From positions 32,001 to 96,000 of the forward strand of contig JBIJDH010000018.1 in NCBI GenBank assembly GCA_044344255.1: a DNA stretch of 64,000 bases. Direction: 5' to 3'. The position numbers and the translations under genes are program-made. Source of the DNA: Myxococcota bacterium (GTDB lineage: Bacteria > Myxococcota_A > UBA796 > UBA2385). The notes under the pieces are model-generated. The model was not told the origin of the DNA, ran no database searches, and was given only the letters and a program-made list of their open reading frames with translations. Below, in pieces: positions 28,820-42,920 of this stretch. Every line of letters starts with the position of its first letter. Positions within the stretch are counted from its first letter, which is position 1.

Positions 28820-29773
28820 TCAGTTCACGCTGAACGCGAGGTTGTCCGCGGCGGCCGACGCCCCGGAGGCGAGGTCGAGGCCCACGTTCGCGAAGAACGG
28901 CGCGCAGTCGGGCTGCATGGAGGACGAATGACACTCGACTCCGACCCCCTCACCGATGACCTCGAAGGTCTCGGGGTCGTAGATGGGCGAGAGAAAATCG
29001 AGCCCGGCGAGGAGCGTGGGGATGTCGAGCGTGACGACGTTCGTCTCGAGGTCGAAGTCGGTGAGCTCTACCGAGGGAGTGTTCACGTACCCGCACTCGT
29101 CGCGGGACTCGAGCGCGAGCTCGCCGTCGCCTGCGCAGTCGACGCTGCCGATGTGGAGATAGCCCTCTCCGGTCTCGGTTCCGTCGTCCACCGTCATGTT
29201 GAACGCGAGGTGACGGTATCCGGTGGCCCACGACCAGTAGAGCTCGTTCAGCGGGGAGGGAGCTGCCTCCACGGAACCGGAGCCGATCACCTCCTGCATG
29301 AGGGCCTGGGGGACGCCGACATCGAACGACACCGAGGCGACGTGGTGCACGATCGTGGAGCCGGTGATGGCGTCGTTGGTCCGCGCGGTGCCTTCCGAGA
29401 AGCTGATGGCGGAGGCGACGCAGCTGCCGTCGGTGTTGCCGGTGAGATCGATCAGCCCGACCCATCCAGCCGCGCCGGTGTACTGGAAGTCGTTCGCGTC
29501 GAAGGTCGCCTCGACGGCGGCCCCGTTCTCGTCCCAGAACTGTACGTTGGACACGAAGAACCGGAGGTCGCTCATCCCGACGGTGTGCTGGCCGGCCGGG
29601 CCGAGGCCCGCGACGGGTGTGGTGCAGTCGGCGGGCGCGCCGTCGGCGGTCGCCTGGAAGCGGAGGCTGAAGGCCTCGGCCTCGTCATGATGCTCGTCCT
29701 CTTCCTTGGGATCGCAGGCGATGACGGAGAGCAACGGGATGAACAGGCAGAGGCTCGGATGGGCGCGGAACAT
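28820..29773 (-). CDS. mbnP: MbnP-type copper-binding protein
   Basis: DLRFFVSNV, FDVGVP, LYWSWATGY (WxW), HIGSVDC and CHS...DC; lipobox VIAC. Confidence 0.85.
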   Translation of the reverse strand: MFRAHPSLCLFIPLLSVIACDPKEEDEHHDEAEAFSLRFQATADGAPADCTTPVAGLGPAGQHTVGMSDLRFFVSNVQFWDENGAAVEATFDANDFQYTGAAGWVGLIDLTGNTDGSCVASAISFSEGTARTNDAITGSTIVHHVASVSFDVGVPQALMQEVIGSGSVEAAPSPLNELYWSWATGYRHLAFNMTVDDGTETGEGYLHIGSVDCAGDGELALESRDECGYVNTPSVELTDFDLETNVVTLDIPTLLAGLDFLSPIYDPETFEVIGEGVGVECHSSSMQPDCAPFFANVGLDLASGASAAADNLAFSVN

Positions 29774-29830
29774 GGGCGGCCCCAGTAACGATGGTGGCAC
29801 GAGGCTATGCCATGCCGTCCGCCGCCGTGA

Positions 29831-29847
29831 TGCGGCATGTTGTCGCA
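29831..29847. promoter_or_regulatory. RegR/RegA-type box upstream of mbnP
   Basis: t-GCGGC-ATGTT-GTCGC-a, a perfect GCGGC-N5-GTCGC, 57 bp before the mbnP ATG. Confidence 0.7.
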
Positions 29848-29885
29848 GCACTCTGCCCGTGGCGGCCCGACTCGTCGAACGCAGC

Positions 29886-30002
29886 GTGTCCAGCGGGTAC
29901 TTCCTCAACGACACGGCTCCGTTGGAGGAGCGCGAGCCGGCCTCGTCGTGGCACGCGGCAGCGCGCGTGACCCCTCGGTGGTTGTGGCCGGGTGATGGGC
30001 GG
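29886..30002 (+). repeat. Diverged 117-bp direct repeat, copy 2
   Basis: VSSGYFLNDTAPLEEREPASSWHAAARVTPRWLWPGDGR versus copy 1 at 21300-21416. Confidence 0.8.
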
Positions 30003-30136
30003 CGACAGCGGGCGGCCTTGAGTACCCCCTCCGACGGTCGCGACGCGAACTCCGCGGCATCTTGACCACGTTCGAGCCTCGTTATGCCCTGTTCTGGGGT
30101 CCGGCGTCGGAGCGACTATCGAACCCTGAAAACCTA

Positions 30137-30175
30137 CGAAGCTCCATGAAAACATGCGGTTTCCATGGAGCTTCG
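30137..30175 (-). terminator. Stem-loop downstream of tRNA-Pro
   Basis: 17-bp arms cgaagctccatgaaaac / gtttccatggagcttcg (one G-U pair), 5-nt loop. Confidence 0.75.
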
Positions 30176-30180
30176 ATGTT

Positions 30181-30257
30181 TGGTCGGGGTGGCCGGATTC
30201 GAACCGACGGCCTCTTGCGCCCAAGGCAAGCGCTCTACCAGGCTGAGCTACACCCCG
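30181..30257 (-). tRNA. tRNA-Pro (TGG)
   Basis: cggggtgtagctcagcctggtagagcg-cttgc-ctTGGgc-gcaag-aggccgtcggttcgaatccggccaccccgacca: full cloverleaf, TTCGAAT T-loop, encoded CCA. Confidence 0.97.
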
Positions 30258-30383
30258 CCGGCCGGCGTTGTAGCACCCTCGGCGGCCCCCTTCAAGGTGG
30301 CGCGGTCCGGGCGATCCTGTTCGTTCCCGAGGGGCGGGCGCGGGGCCGCAGGGGTGGTAGGCTCTGCGGCTTGGAGGGCTCCT

Positions 30384-31202
30384 GTGCACGACACCTTGAG
30401 AACACGACGAAATACCCCGACTCTGCGGCGCCGCTGGATCGGGCTGGTGGGGCTCGTGGCGGCGGGCGCCGCGGGCTGCGATGACACCTCCTTTGGGGGC
30501 GGTGGAGGGGGAGGTGGCGTGACCGGCTCCACCTACGACGACATGGTCACCCTCTTCGACGGCAACTGCATCGGCTGCCACAGCGCGGCCTCCAAGCTCG
30601 GCGGGCTCGACTTGGAGACCGACCCCTGCGTCGCCTTGGTCGGCGTCAGCTCCGGGTACGGCGATCCGCTGGTTGACCCAGGGAACGCAGATGGCAGCGT
30701 GCTCTTCGGCAAGGTGTCGGACTCTGGCGCGTATGGCGGCGTCATGCCGCAGGGCGGCGCGCTCGACAGCGCGAGCGTGGAGGCGGTGCGGAGCTGGATT
30801 GACGGCGGGGCCTCCTGCGCGACGGGCGGGGCCGACTCCGGGGGCTCGGATGGCGGTGGGGCGGCGGGCTTCACCTTCGCGCGGGTGCAGGATGAGATCC
30901 TGACCCCACAGTGCGCCGTCTGTCACGCGCCGGGCGCCGATCCGGACGCGGAGTACCTCGACCTCAGCGAGGGTGCAGCCTACGACAACATCGTGCGCGT
31001 CGCCGCGGGCTGGGACGCCTCCCTGTACCGGGTGACCCCCGGCAACCCCGAGACCAGCTTCCTCTACATGAAGGTGCGGAACTCCATCGCCGAAGACGGC
31101 TCCCAGGGCGAGCCGATGCCCGAGGGCGCGCCCAACGGGCTCGATGACACCGAGAAGCTGACGCTGCTGTACGGCTGGATCCTGGAAGGAGCCAATCCAT
31201 GA
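30384..31202 (+). CDS. Di-heme c-type cytochrome lipoprotein (two repeated monoheme domains)
   Basis: AAGC lipobox; CIGCH...LDL...VDPGN...S.L..K...MP and CAVCH...LDL...VTPGN...S.L..K...MP...WI..GA. Confidence 0.8.
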   Translation: MHDTLRTRRNTPTLRRRWIGLVGLVAAGAAGCDDTSFGGGGGGGGVTGSTYDDMVTLFDGNCIGCHSAASKLGGLDLETDPCVALVGVSSGYGDPLVDPGNADGSVLFGKVSDSGAYGGVMPQGGALDSASVEAVRSWIDGGASCATGGADSGGSDGGGAAGFTFARVQDEILTPQCAVCHAPGADPDAEYLDLSEGAAYDNIVRVAAGWDASLYRVTPGNPETSFLYMKVRNSIAEDGSQGEPMPEGAPNGLDDTEKLTLLYGWILEGANP

Positions 31203-32026
31203 TGTCCCTCGCTCTCCTCTGGGTGACCGCCCTCTCCAGCGTCGCGCAGGCGACCATCGACCCCAAGTGCCAGGACCTGGCCGACGAGGGCCCCCCCGCC
31301 GGCTACTCCGAGCAGGGGCAGCAGGACTGGCTGCTGAACTACTTCTCCCTGGCGACGACGCTGTCTCCGATGCACCCGCCGGTGCCCGTCGAGCCCGGTC
31401 ATGGCACCGTGGGCCTCGAGCTGATGGTGATCCCGCCGGTGAGCTGCGAGCACCGTCTCGTGCTCGGCTATTCGAAGACGGAGGACACGAACAAGGCCCC
31501 GGTGGCGCCCCGCCCGCGGGTGACCTTCGCGTTCCCCAAGGTGGGGCCGCTGATCCTCTACGGTGGCTTCGCCTACGTGCCCCCGATCACGGTCTTCGGG
31601 ACCCGCAATGTCATCGTCAGCGCGGAGGCGGGCGTCGGCTACCCGATGGAGAGCGGCCTGCAGCTCGGCCTCCGCTACCACGCCACCCTGATGAAGACGG
31701 TCGCGGAGATCGCCACCCCCTTCAACGAGGGAGATCCCGCGAAGGACGACTTCTATGTCGGCTCCACCTTCGGAACCGACGCCATGGTTGGCTTCGAGAC
31801 GAAGAAGCTCACGCCCTATGTCGCGCTGGGCTTCACGGATGTGAGCACCTACTTCTACATCGGTGACGATGGGTATGTGGGCAACAACGCGGACCCCTTC
31901 CTCGGCTTCACCGGGTCGGTCGGCACCAACCTCCACCTCGTGAAGTGGCTGGATCTGGATGGGGAGCTCTACACGGCCCCTGGCTATCTCTACACGGGGC
32001 GGCTCCGGGCGGCGATTCGACTTTAA
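31199..32026 (+). CDS. Secreted protein, probable outer-membrane beta-barrel
   Basis: Signal peptide (VAQA), alternating amphipathic strands (TPYVALGF); ATGA coupled to the cytochrome. Confidence 0.6.
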   Translation: MMSLALLWVTALSSVAQATIDPKCQDLADEGPPAGYSEQGQQDWLLNYFSLATTLSPMHPPVPVEPGHGTVGLELMVIPPVSCEHRLVLGYSKTEDTNKAPVAPRPRVTFAFPKVGPLILYGGFAYVPPITVFGTRNVIVSAEAGVGYPMESGLQLGLRYHATLMKTVAEIATPFNEGDPAKDDFYVGSTFGTDAMVGFETKKLTPYVALGFTDVSTYFYIGDDGYVGNNADPFLGFTGSVGTNLHLVKWLDLDGELYTAPGYLYTGRLRAAIRL

Positions 32027-32752
32027 GCCGGAGTTAAGGCCGCTCGGGGGGTGAATTGTTCAGGTGGGGATAAGGGAGAGGAGCGCGCTCCCGCTCCACC
32101 TTGGGATGGGTCAGGCATTGATCATGAAACGAGATCGATATCACCACGGGGACCTGCGGAGCGCGCTCCTGCAGGCCGCAGGGGAGTCCCTCCGCGATCA
32201 GGGGGTGGCAGGCCTCTCGCTGCGGGAGGTGGCGCGTCGCGCCGGGGTGTCTCATGGGGCACCGGCGCACCACTTCCCGTCCAAAGCGGCGCTCCTGACC
32301 GCCCTCGCCGCCGACAGCTACGGCAGGATGAGCCGGACGATCCAGGCCGAGATGGCGGCGAGGCCCCCCGCCTCCTGTCCGGCGGCCCTCGCGGCGATCG
32401 GGCGGTCGTATGTGCGCTTCGCCGTGGCCGAGCCCGAGCGCTTTCATCTGATGTTTCAGATGGAGCTGCTCGATCGCGAGGACCCCACGCTCTGCGTGGC
32501 CCAGGATCAGGCCTTTGAGCAGCTCCGGGGTGTGGTCCGGCGCTGTGTGGACGAGGGCCGCCTGGCGTTGGCTGACCTCGAGACCGTGGTGATCTCGGCG
32601 TGGTCGCTCGTTCACGGCCTCGCGAGCCTCCACATCTGCGGTCGGCTCGCCGGTCGGGTGGAGACCGCCGACATTGAGGTCATCACCGATCGGGTCACCC
32701 GCACCTTCGTGCGAGGGGTGCTCGGGCCCTACGCGGAGGTCCCCGCGCCGCC

Positions 32753-35092
<2,340 letters not shown>

Positions 35093-35313
35093 GCCCGTCG
35101 CCGCGCCGCTCACGGTTCGAAAGGCTGAAGGCTCGGCGGCGACAGGCAAGGCGGCTCCCGGCGGGGCTCTAACACCCCCCCGATCGGCGGAAGCGGAGCC
35201 CCGGAGAACGCCGGTCGACCCCGTGGACCGGACGCAGAGACGCCCGCGCAGGATGTCCCACGCGGGCGCTCAAGAGCGGGGGGCCGCCGGAGCGGCCGCC
35301 GGGCTCGGTTGGA

Positions 35314-36987
<1,674 letters not shown>

Positions 36988-37072
36988 GGGATCTCTCCTG
37001 CTGTTCAGTACCTGAGAAACGTTGAACGGCGGCCCGAGGGTGCGGCCACCGCTGGATCAATTCGGGGGAGCT

Positions 37073-37366
37073 TCAGCTCCGCTCGATGACGGCGAGGATG
37101 TCTTCTTCGCGGAGGATGATGTGGTCCTCCCCGTCGATCTTGACCTCGTCACCGGTGTACTTGCCGAAGAGCACGTTGTCGCCGGCCTTGACGCTGACCG
37201 GGCGGAGGGTGCCGTCCTTGCCGGGCTTGCCGTTGCCGACCGCGATGACGGTGGCCTCGAGCGGCTTCTCCTTGGCGGCTTCGGGGATGATCAGGCCGGA
37301 CGCGGTCCGGTGCTCGGCGTCTACGCGCTTGACGACGATCCGGTCGTACAGGGGACGGAACTTCAT
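37073..37366 (-). CDS. groS: Co-chaperonin GroES
   Basis: FRPLYDRIVV...TASGLIIP...KEKP...EEDILAV. Confidence 0.99.
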   Translation of the reverse strand: MKFRPLYDRIVVKRVDAEHRTASGLIIPEAAKEKPLEATVIAVGNGKPGKDGTLRPVSVKAGDNVLFGKYTGDEVKIDGEDHIILREEDILAVIERS

Positions 37367-37693
37367 CTCGCACTCCAGTTGATGAGGGTGGGAAGAGCCG
37401 CTTCACGCGGCTGGTCGCAACACGGAGGGGGTCTACCGAGGGACGAAGCCACCTGGAGGATCCAGGGAGCCTGCCCAGCCCGACCGGCGCCCGCGGACAG
37501 CGCGCGGGCGCTGCCTGGACACCGGAGACCGTCCTCCGGACGGCCGAAGGGATAGGCACGGGGGAGGGGTGCGTCAACGGGGACCATCAAATTTCAAGGG
37601 CCCCCGCCCGCGGCCCTCCGTAGCCCGGGGCGTGGCTCGGGGGTAGGTTCAAGCCCCCTCTTGCACCCGACGAACCCTCCGCCGTGGGTACCC

Positions 37694-39781
37694 ATGTCTG
37701 ATCCGAAGCCCCTGCTGACGGAGGCCGCGCGGGCCCACGCCGCCGGCCGCAGCGCCGAGGCGGAGCGCCTCGTCCGCCGGGCCCTCGCGCTGCGTCCAGG
37801 CCACCCGCCGGCGCTGCGCTCGCTGGGCGTGCTCGCCTTGGAGGGCGGCCGCTGGGCCGAGGCCGAGGCCTCCTTCTCCGCGGCCCTCGCGGCTGACCCG
37901 AACGCGCGCGCGCTCCAGGCCGACATCGGCATCGCCCAGCGAGAGCAGGGGCGGCTCCCCGAGGCGCTGCGCTCGCTGTCCGCCGCCGCCCGCGACCTCC
38001 CGAACAGCGCGCCGGTCCGGTACCACCTCGCGGTCACGCTGCGTCGGGCCGGCGCCCTCGACCTCGCCCTACAGGAGCTGCGCGCGCTCTCTGACCTCAG
38101 CCCCCTCGATCCGGAGCCCTGGGTGCTGATCGCCGAGGTCTCGCTGCTGCGCGGAGACGCCCGCGGCGCCGAGGCCGGCTATCGCCGCGCCCTGGCGCTC
38201 CGGCGCCCGCAGCCGGCGGTCTCCCGGTCCCTCGGGCAGCTCCTCGGTCAGCAAGGCCGCGCGGCCGAGGCGATCCCCGTCCTCGTCCAGGCCCTCCGGG
38301 AGAGCCCGACCGAGCTCAGCCTCTACAGCGCGCTGGTGGACGCCCTCTTCGTGCTGCCCGCCGCCACGCCGGAGCTCGAGCCCCTCCTCCTCGCGCTGCT
38401 CGAGCGCGACGACATCGACCACCAGCGCCTGGAGCGCGTGATCCGCGCGCTCCTGCCGGAGCCCTCCGCCTGGCCCGAGAGCCCGCTCGCCGTCGGCTGG
38501 CTGCGGCGCACCCTCGCCGCCGACCCCAGCCTCGAGCCGCGCCTGCGGGCCGAGCGCGGCCGCCTGCTGGGGCTGGCCGAGCGTGAAGAGCCCGTCCCCA
38601 TCGACTGGATCGAGGCCCTCGCCCTCCAGTCCTGGTACACCGAGCACGCGGGCCGCGCCGCGCCCGGGGAGCGAGAGCGGGCTCGAGCCCTCTCCGAGCG
38701 CGCCGACCCCGCCGCGCTCGCCGCCTTCGCCCTGTTCTTCCCCTTGGACGAGCTGCCGGAGCTGCGCCGCCGGGGCCTGCTGCGCCCCGGGTGGGAGCAG
38801 CGCCCGCTCGCCCGCCTCGTCCGGCGCTCCCTCGTCGAGCCGGCGGAGGAGGAGCGGCTGGCCCGCGGCCTGCCCGCGCTGTTCCCCGTCTCTGACCCCA
38901 CCTCCGTCGCCGTGCAAGCCCAGTACGAGGCGCACCCCTACCCGCGCCTCGTCGGCCTCCATCGCCCCGCGCCCACCCGCCTCTCGGCCTGGCTCGGGGA
39001 GCTCTTCCCGACGAAGGGCCCCTGGGAGGGCCTCGACGTGGAGCCCGTCTCGGTGCTGGTCGCCGGCTGCGGCACCGGCCAGCAGCCGATCTCCGTCGCC
39101 CGCCGCCTCCCGGGGGCCCGAGTGCTCGGCGTCGACCTCAGTCGCCGCAGCCTCGGTCGGGCGGCCCGCCTCGCCCGGGAGGCGGCGGTGACCAACACCC
39201 GCTTCGCGGTGGCCGACCTCCAAGACCTCGGCGTGCTCCCCGAGCGCTTCTCCTTCATCGACTGTGTGGGTGTGCTCCACCACCTCGCGGACCCTGCGCG
39301 CGGCCTCGCCGTCCTCCGCAAGCTGCTGCGCCCCGGCGGCGTGCTCCGCCTCGGCCTCTACAGCGAGCGGGCCCGCGCCGAGGTCGTGGCCGCCCGCGCC
39401 CTCATCGCCGAGCGGGGCTGGCTGCCGGACGACGACGGCCTCGATCGCATGCGCGCCGCCGCGCTGGACGCGCCCGAGGAGAGCCCGCTCGCCCCCCTCC
39501 GCCGCTCGATCGACCTCTGGACCCGCACCGGGCTGCGCGACCTCGTGTTCCACCCCTGCGAGCACCGCTTCACGCCGCTGGGCCTCGAGGCGCTCCTCGA
39601 GGGCGCCAGCCTGGAGCTCCTGGGGTTTCAGGCGCTCGATCCCACCTTGCTCCCTCGCTATCGGTCCGCCAACCCGCAGGACCCCGGCGCCACCGACCTC
39701 ACCGGCTGGGAGGCCTTCGAGGCCCAGCACCCGCGCAGCTTCGCCGGGATGTTCCTCCTCTGGTGCCGGCCGCGGGGCTGA
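37694..39781 (+). CDS. TPR-containing class I SAM-dependent methyltransferase
   Basis: N-terminal TPRs; QYEAHPYP, VLVAGCGTG, GVLHHL and RDLVFHPCEH. Confidence 0.85.
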   Translation: MSDPKPLLTEAARAHAAGRSAEAERLVRRALALRPGHPPALRSLGVLALEGGRWAEAEASFSAALAADPNARALQADIGIAQREQGRLPEALRSLSAAARDLPNSAPVRYHLAVTLRRAGALDLALQELRALSDLSPLDPEPWVLIAEVSLLRGDARGAEAGYRRALALRRPQPAVSRSLGQLLGQQGRAAEAIPVLVQALRESPTELSLYSALVDALFVLPAATPELEPLLLALLERDDIDHQRLERVIRALLPEPSAWPESPLAVGWLRRTLAADPSLEPRLRAERGRLLGLAEREEPVPIDWIEALALQSWYTEHAGRAAPGERERARALSERADPAALAAFALFFPLDELPELRRRGLLRPGWEQRPLARLVRRSLVEPAEEERLARGLPALFPVSDPTSVAVQAQYEAHPYPRLVGLHRPAPTRLSAWLGELFPTKGPWEGLDVEPVSVLVAGCGTGQQPISVARRLPGARVLGVDLSRRSLGRAARLAREAAVTNTRFAVADLQDLGVLPERFSFIDCVGVLHHLADPARGLAVLRKLLRPGGVLRLGLYSERARAEVVAARALIAERGWLPDDDGLDRMRAAALDAPEESPLAPLRRSIDLWTRTGLRDLVFHPCEHRFTPLGLEALLEGASLELLGFQALDPTLLPRYRSANPQDPGATDLTGWEAFEAQHPRSFAGMFLLWCRPRG

Positions 39782-39811
39782 GGGCGCTCGTTCGCAGGCG
39801 CCGCGCCCCGA

Positions 39812-41209
39812 TCAGCCCCCGCCGCCGGGCGGGAGGATGGCGCCGTCTTCGGTGATCGTGACGGCGGTGCCCGGGAAGTCCTGCACCGACAGATCTCGGA
39901 TCGAGAGGATCGCGCGCTTCTCTGGGTCTTTGGCGGGGACTCCTCCGCCGAGCTGCTGGGTGGGCAGCACCCGGCCGCCCTTGAAGCGCCCGTCCGCGGC
40001 GAGGGTGGCCTCGACCACCGCGCCGACGCCCGAGGCCCCCTTGAGCGAGAATCGGCCGTAGGTGGCGAAGTTGCCCATCGAGTAGACGATGAGGCGGTCC
40101 TTGTACATCTCCATGCCGCGCAGGACATGGGGGCCATGGCCGAGCACGAGGTCGGCCCCGGCGTCGATCACCGCGTGCGTGAAGGCGCGCAGGTCGCCGC
40201 GGTCCTCTCCGTAGAAGATCTCATTGGTCTGAGGGACATGAGTGGCCTTCCCACCCTCCGCGCCGCCGTGGAAGCTCACGATGACGAGGTCGTTCTCCGC
40301 AGCGACGGCCCTCACGATGGCGCCGGCCTGCTCGTGATCATTGACGAAGTGGCTGTTACGGTTGGTGTGAAAGCCGATCATCGCGACCTTCACGCCGTTG
40401 ACGGTGGTGGTGGCGATGTCACCGGGGCGCCCGGAGTGGCGGATGCCCACCGCGTCGAGCGCTTGCTCGGTGGCCAGTCGGCACTCGTAGCCGAAGTCGG
40501 AGGCGTGGTTGTTGGCCGTGCTCACGAGGTCGAAGCCGGCCGCCTGGTAGATCTTGGCGTACCGACTCGGCGACCGGAAGGCGTAGCAGCTCGACGGCGG
40601 CGCGTCGGGCTTACACTTGTTGGTCTCGCCGATGTCGCAGAGCGGCCCCTCCATGTTGCCGAAGGTGAGGTCTGCGTCGCGCAGCCAGTCGCTCACGTCG
40701 TTGAAGGTGCCGACGGCGTCGTCGGCCTGTAGGGCGCCCTCGGGGAAGGTGGTGCCGATCATCAGATCGCCCACGGCGCGGATGCGCACAGACGCCCCCT
40801 TCGGGGCCTGGCTGACGTAGGGCGTGGCGTGGGCGGCCTTGTCGAGGAGCTGCGCCAGCGCCTTGTTGTCCCTCGCTTGGGGTAGGAACTCGCTCAGCCC
40901 CTCGCGGCTGGGCTGGGCCTTCTGCACCGCCTCCCAGTGTTCGACGGTGTGCTTCCAGTCGGCGCGGGCCCAATAGGCCCAGCCGAGCTCCCAGTGGCAG
41001 TTGACGGCGTCGGCCGAGCCTGCGGGCGCGGCCTTCACGCAGCGGCTGAACGCGGCGATCGCCTGGCCGATGTTCTTCGCCTGCAAGGCCGCCACGCCCG
41101 CCTCGTAGTTGGGGTCAGCGGCGAGGGCCGGGGAGAGGGCTCCGGTGAGCGCGGCGGCGGCGAACAGCAGCGCAGGCAGGCGGAGATCGGAGCGGCGAGG
41201 CGGTCGCAT
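39812..41209 (-). CDS. CapA family (PGA_cap, metallophosphatase fold) protein with N-terminal TPR-like region
   Basis: VGDLM, GNMEG, ANNHASDFG, SFHGGAE, GHGPHV and YSMGNF. Confidence 0.88.
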   Translation of the reverse strand: MRPPRRSDLRLPALLFAAAALTGALSPALAADPNYEAGVAALQAKNIGQAIAAFSRCVKAAPAGSADAVNCHWELGWAYWARADWKHTVEHWEAVQKAQPSREGLSEFLPQARDNKALAQLLDKAAHATPYVSQAPKGASVRIRAVGDLMIGTTFPEGALQADDAVGTFNDVSDWLRDADLTFGNMEGPLCDIGETNKCKPDAPPSSCYAFRSPSRYAKIYQAAGFDLVSTANNHASDFGYECRLATEQALDAVGIRHSGRPGDIATTTVNGVKVAMIGFHTNRNSHFVNDHEQAGAIVRAVAAENDLVIVSFHGGAEGGKATHVPQTNEIFYGEDRGDLRAFTHAVIDAGADLVLGHGPHVLRGMEMYKDRLIVYSMGNFATYGRFSLKGASGVGAVVEATLAADGRFKGGRVLPTQQLGGGVPAKDPEKRAILSIRDLSVQDFPGTAVTITEDGAILPPGGGG

Positions 41210-41235
41210 CAAGGTCCTCGGGGGAGCCCCGGGGG

Positions 41236-42036
41236 CTAACCTGGACCCCTGACGCTGGGTGGGTGCTGGGGCGGATCCAGCTCCAGCGTCGGATCTTCCA
41301 TGGAGGGATCGTCGCTGCCGAAGCGCGGCGCCGCACGTGCGCAGTCTCGGCCCTCCGCCTTGGCCCTGTACAAGGCCTGATCGGCCCGCTCGACCATCAA
41401 GTGCGTCGGCAACGCCCGGGAGGTGCTGGCGGAGCCGATGGAGACGGTCAAGTTGCCCCTGGAGGACTCGCGGAGGGTGGTGATCAGCCGTTCGGCGAGG
41501 CCGCGGGCCTCTTCGGCGTCGCAGGCGGGGGCGATGATGGCGAACTCGTCGCCGCCGATCCTCGTCAGCGTGTCGCTGTGGCGCGCGCAACATTTGAGCG
41601 CCTGAGCGACCGTTCGCAGCGCGGCGTCGCCGGCCGGGTGACCGCCCTCGTCGTTGATTCGCTTGAGGTGGTCTACGTCGAGGATGAAGAGCGACAGCGA
41701 GCTCTGGACCCGCTCCAATCGTTCGAGCTCAGCGGCGAGGCGGGCATCGAAGAGCCGCCGATTTCCGAGCGCGGTGAGAGGGTCAGACGTGGAGTACGAG
41801 CGGAGGAGGTCCGTTCTCCGCCCGAGGAGCCAGCCGGGGACGCAGAGCGCCACCGCGGTCGAGGCGAAGAGGTACACCCAGAGGGCGACGTCGGCGCGGA
41901 GGGTCTCCTCCAGCCAGGCGAGCGAGGCCGGGCCTCTCCCTTGGAGGAGGCGCACCACGAGGAGCCCGGCGGGTGCGCCCGCGGCTAGCGCCAGGCCCCA
42001 TAGGGGATAGGCAAGCTCCTTTCGAAGGTGGGACAT
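41236..42036 (-). CDS. Membrane-bound diguanylate cyclase
   Basis: Two TMs; DPLTALGNRR, DVDHLKRIND..GH, RHSD I-site and intact GGDEF. Confidence 0.9.
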   Translation of the reverse strand: MSHLRKELAYPLWGLALAAGAPAGLLVVRLLQGRGPASLAWLEETLRADVALWVYLFASTAVALCVPGWLLGRRTDLLRSYSTSDPLTALGNRRLFDARLAAELERLERVQSSLSLFILDVDHLKRINDEGGHPAGDAALRTVAQALKCCARHSDTLTRIGGDEFAIIAPACDAEEARGLAERLITTLRESSRGNLTVSIGSASTSRALPTHLMVERADQALYRAKAEGRDCARAAPRFGSDDPSMEDPTLELDPPQHPPSVRGPG

Positions 42037-42191
42037 GTTCGGTGAATACCGCGAGGCTCCCGGAGCTTCCACCGCGGGACACCGCGTTGACACTTTCTTG
42101 GTACTTGCTCAATTAGCCGGACCCCCTCTCCTCGCTCCTGTCCTGGATGCGCGGTGGTCTGGTACGGTTCGCCCTCCCCTGGGGCGGATCT

Positions 42192-42878
42192 TCAGCGAGC
42201 CCGCCCCCGGCCGCGCGTGGCCTGGCCGACCACCCAGGAGACCAGCAGCCCGCCCAGCCAACCGAAGAAGTGGCCCTCCCAGGAGATCCCCTGTTTCGCC
42301 ACCGCGGGGGTCGCGCTCGACAGCATGCCGCCAAACAGCGCCGTGACGGCGGCGCTCAACAGGACCGCGCCGGGGCGCCGCTCGAAGAAGCCGCGCCCCA
42401 TCAGGAAGCCGAGGAAGCCGAAGACCACGCCGCTCGCGCCGATGTGGACGGTGCCCGGGCGCCCGGAGACCCAGGTGCCGAGCCCGGCCACGAGGGCGCT
42501 GGTGAGGAACACGTACCAGAAGTCAGCCCGCTGTCGAGACGTGGACAGAAAGCCAAGGATACAGAACATCACCGTGTTCGACGCGAGGTGGGCGATCCCG
42601 CCGTGCAGGAAGGGCGCCAGCGGGATCCCGGCGAGCCCCAGCAGGGTGCGGGGCTCGATCCCGTATCGATCGAATCCGCCTCGGAAGAAGCCGAGATCAA
42701 TGAGCTCGATCGCCCACAAGAGTACGGTGACCTGGCCGAGGAGTGAGACGCGCGACCGTGTCCCCTCCACGAGGCCCCGAAGGGGGGAGCCAGCCCTCGC
42801 GGCGCCTCTCGGCGCGGGCCGGGAGGAGGGCTGCGGCGCGGGGGCGCGGGAGGCGGGGGATCGGGTGGAGCGGGCCAC
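42192..42878 (-). CDS. Rhomboid family intramembrane serine protease
   Basis: FLHGGIAHLASN, GASG and SWEGHFFG. Confidence 0.9.
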   Translation of the reverse strand: MARSTRSPASRAPAPQPSSRPAPRGAARAGSPLRGLVEGTRSRVSLLGQVTVLLWAIELIDLGFFRGGFDRYGIEPRTLLGLAGIPLAPFLHGGIAHLASNTVMFCILGFLSTSRQRADFWYVFLTSALVAGLGTWVSGRPGTVHIGASGVVFGFLGFLMGRGFFERRPGAVLLSAAVTALFGGMLSSATPAVAKQGISWEGHFFGWLGGLLVSWVVGQATRGRGRAR

Positions 42879-42920
42879 GCCCGCAGGTATCGCGGCGCCC
42901 GCCGGCTGGGCACGCTCCGC

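Noticed and set aside
30003..30180. Intact integrase next to tRNA-Pro
   Set aside because: Too short, and no tyrosine or serine recombinase motifs were found here or elsewhere in the window.
37367..37660. CIRCE or sigma-32 promoter upstream of groS
   Set aside because: No TTAGCACTC-N9-GAGTGCTAA. CTTGAA hexamers occur on the minus strand, but spacing to a CCCC -10 element does not fit the consensus.
42192..42878. Rhomboid as the sortase for nearby C-terminally tagged proteins
   Set aside because: The tails contain the Cys typical of MYXO-CTERM rather than GlyGly-CTERM, and proximity alone is not evidence.
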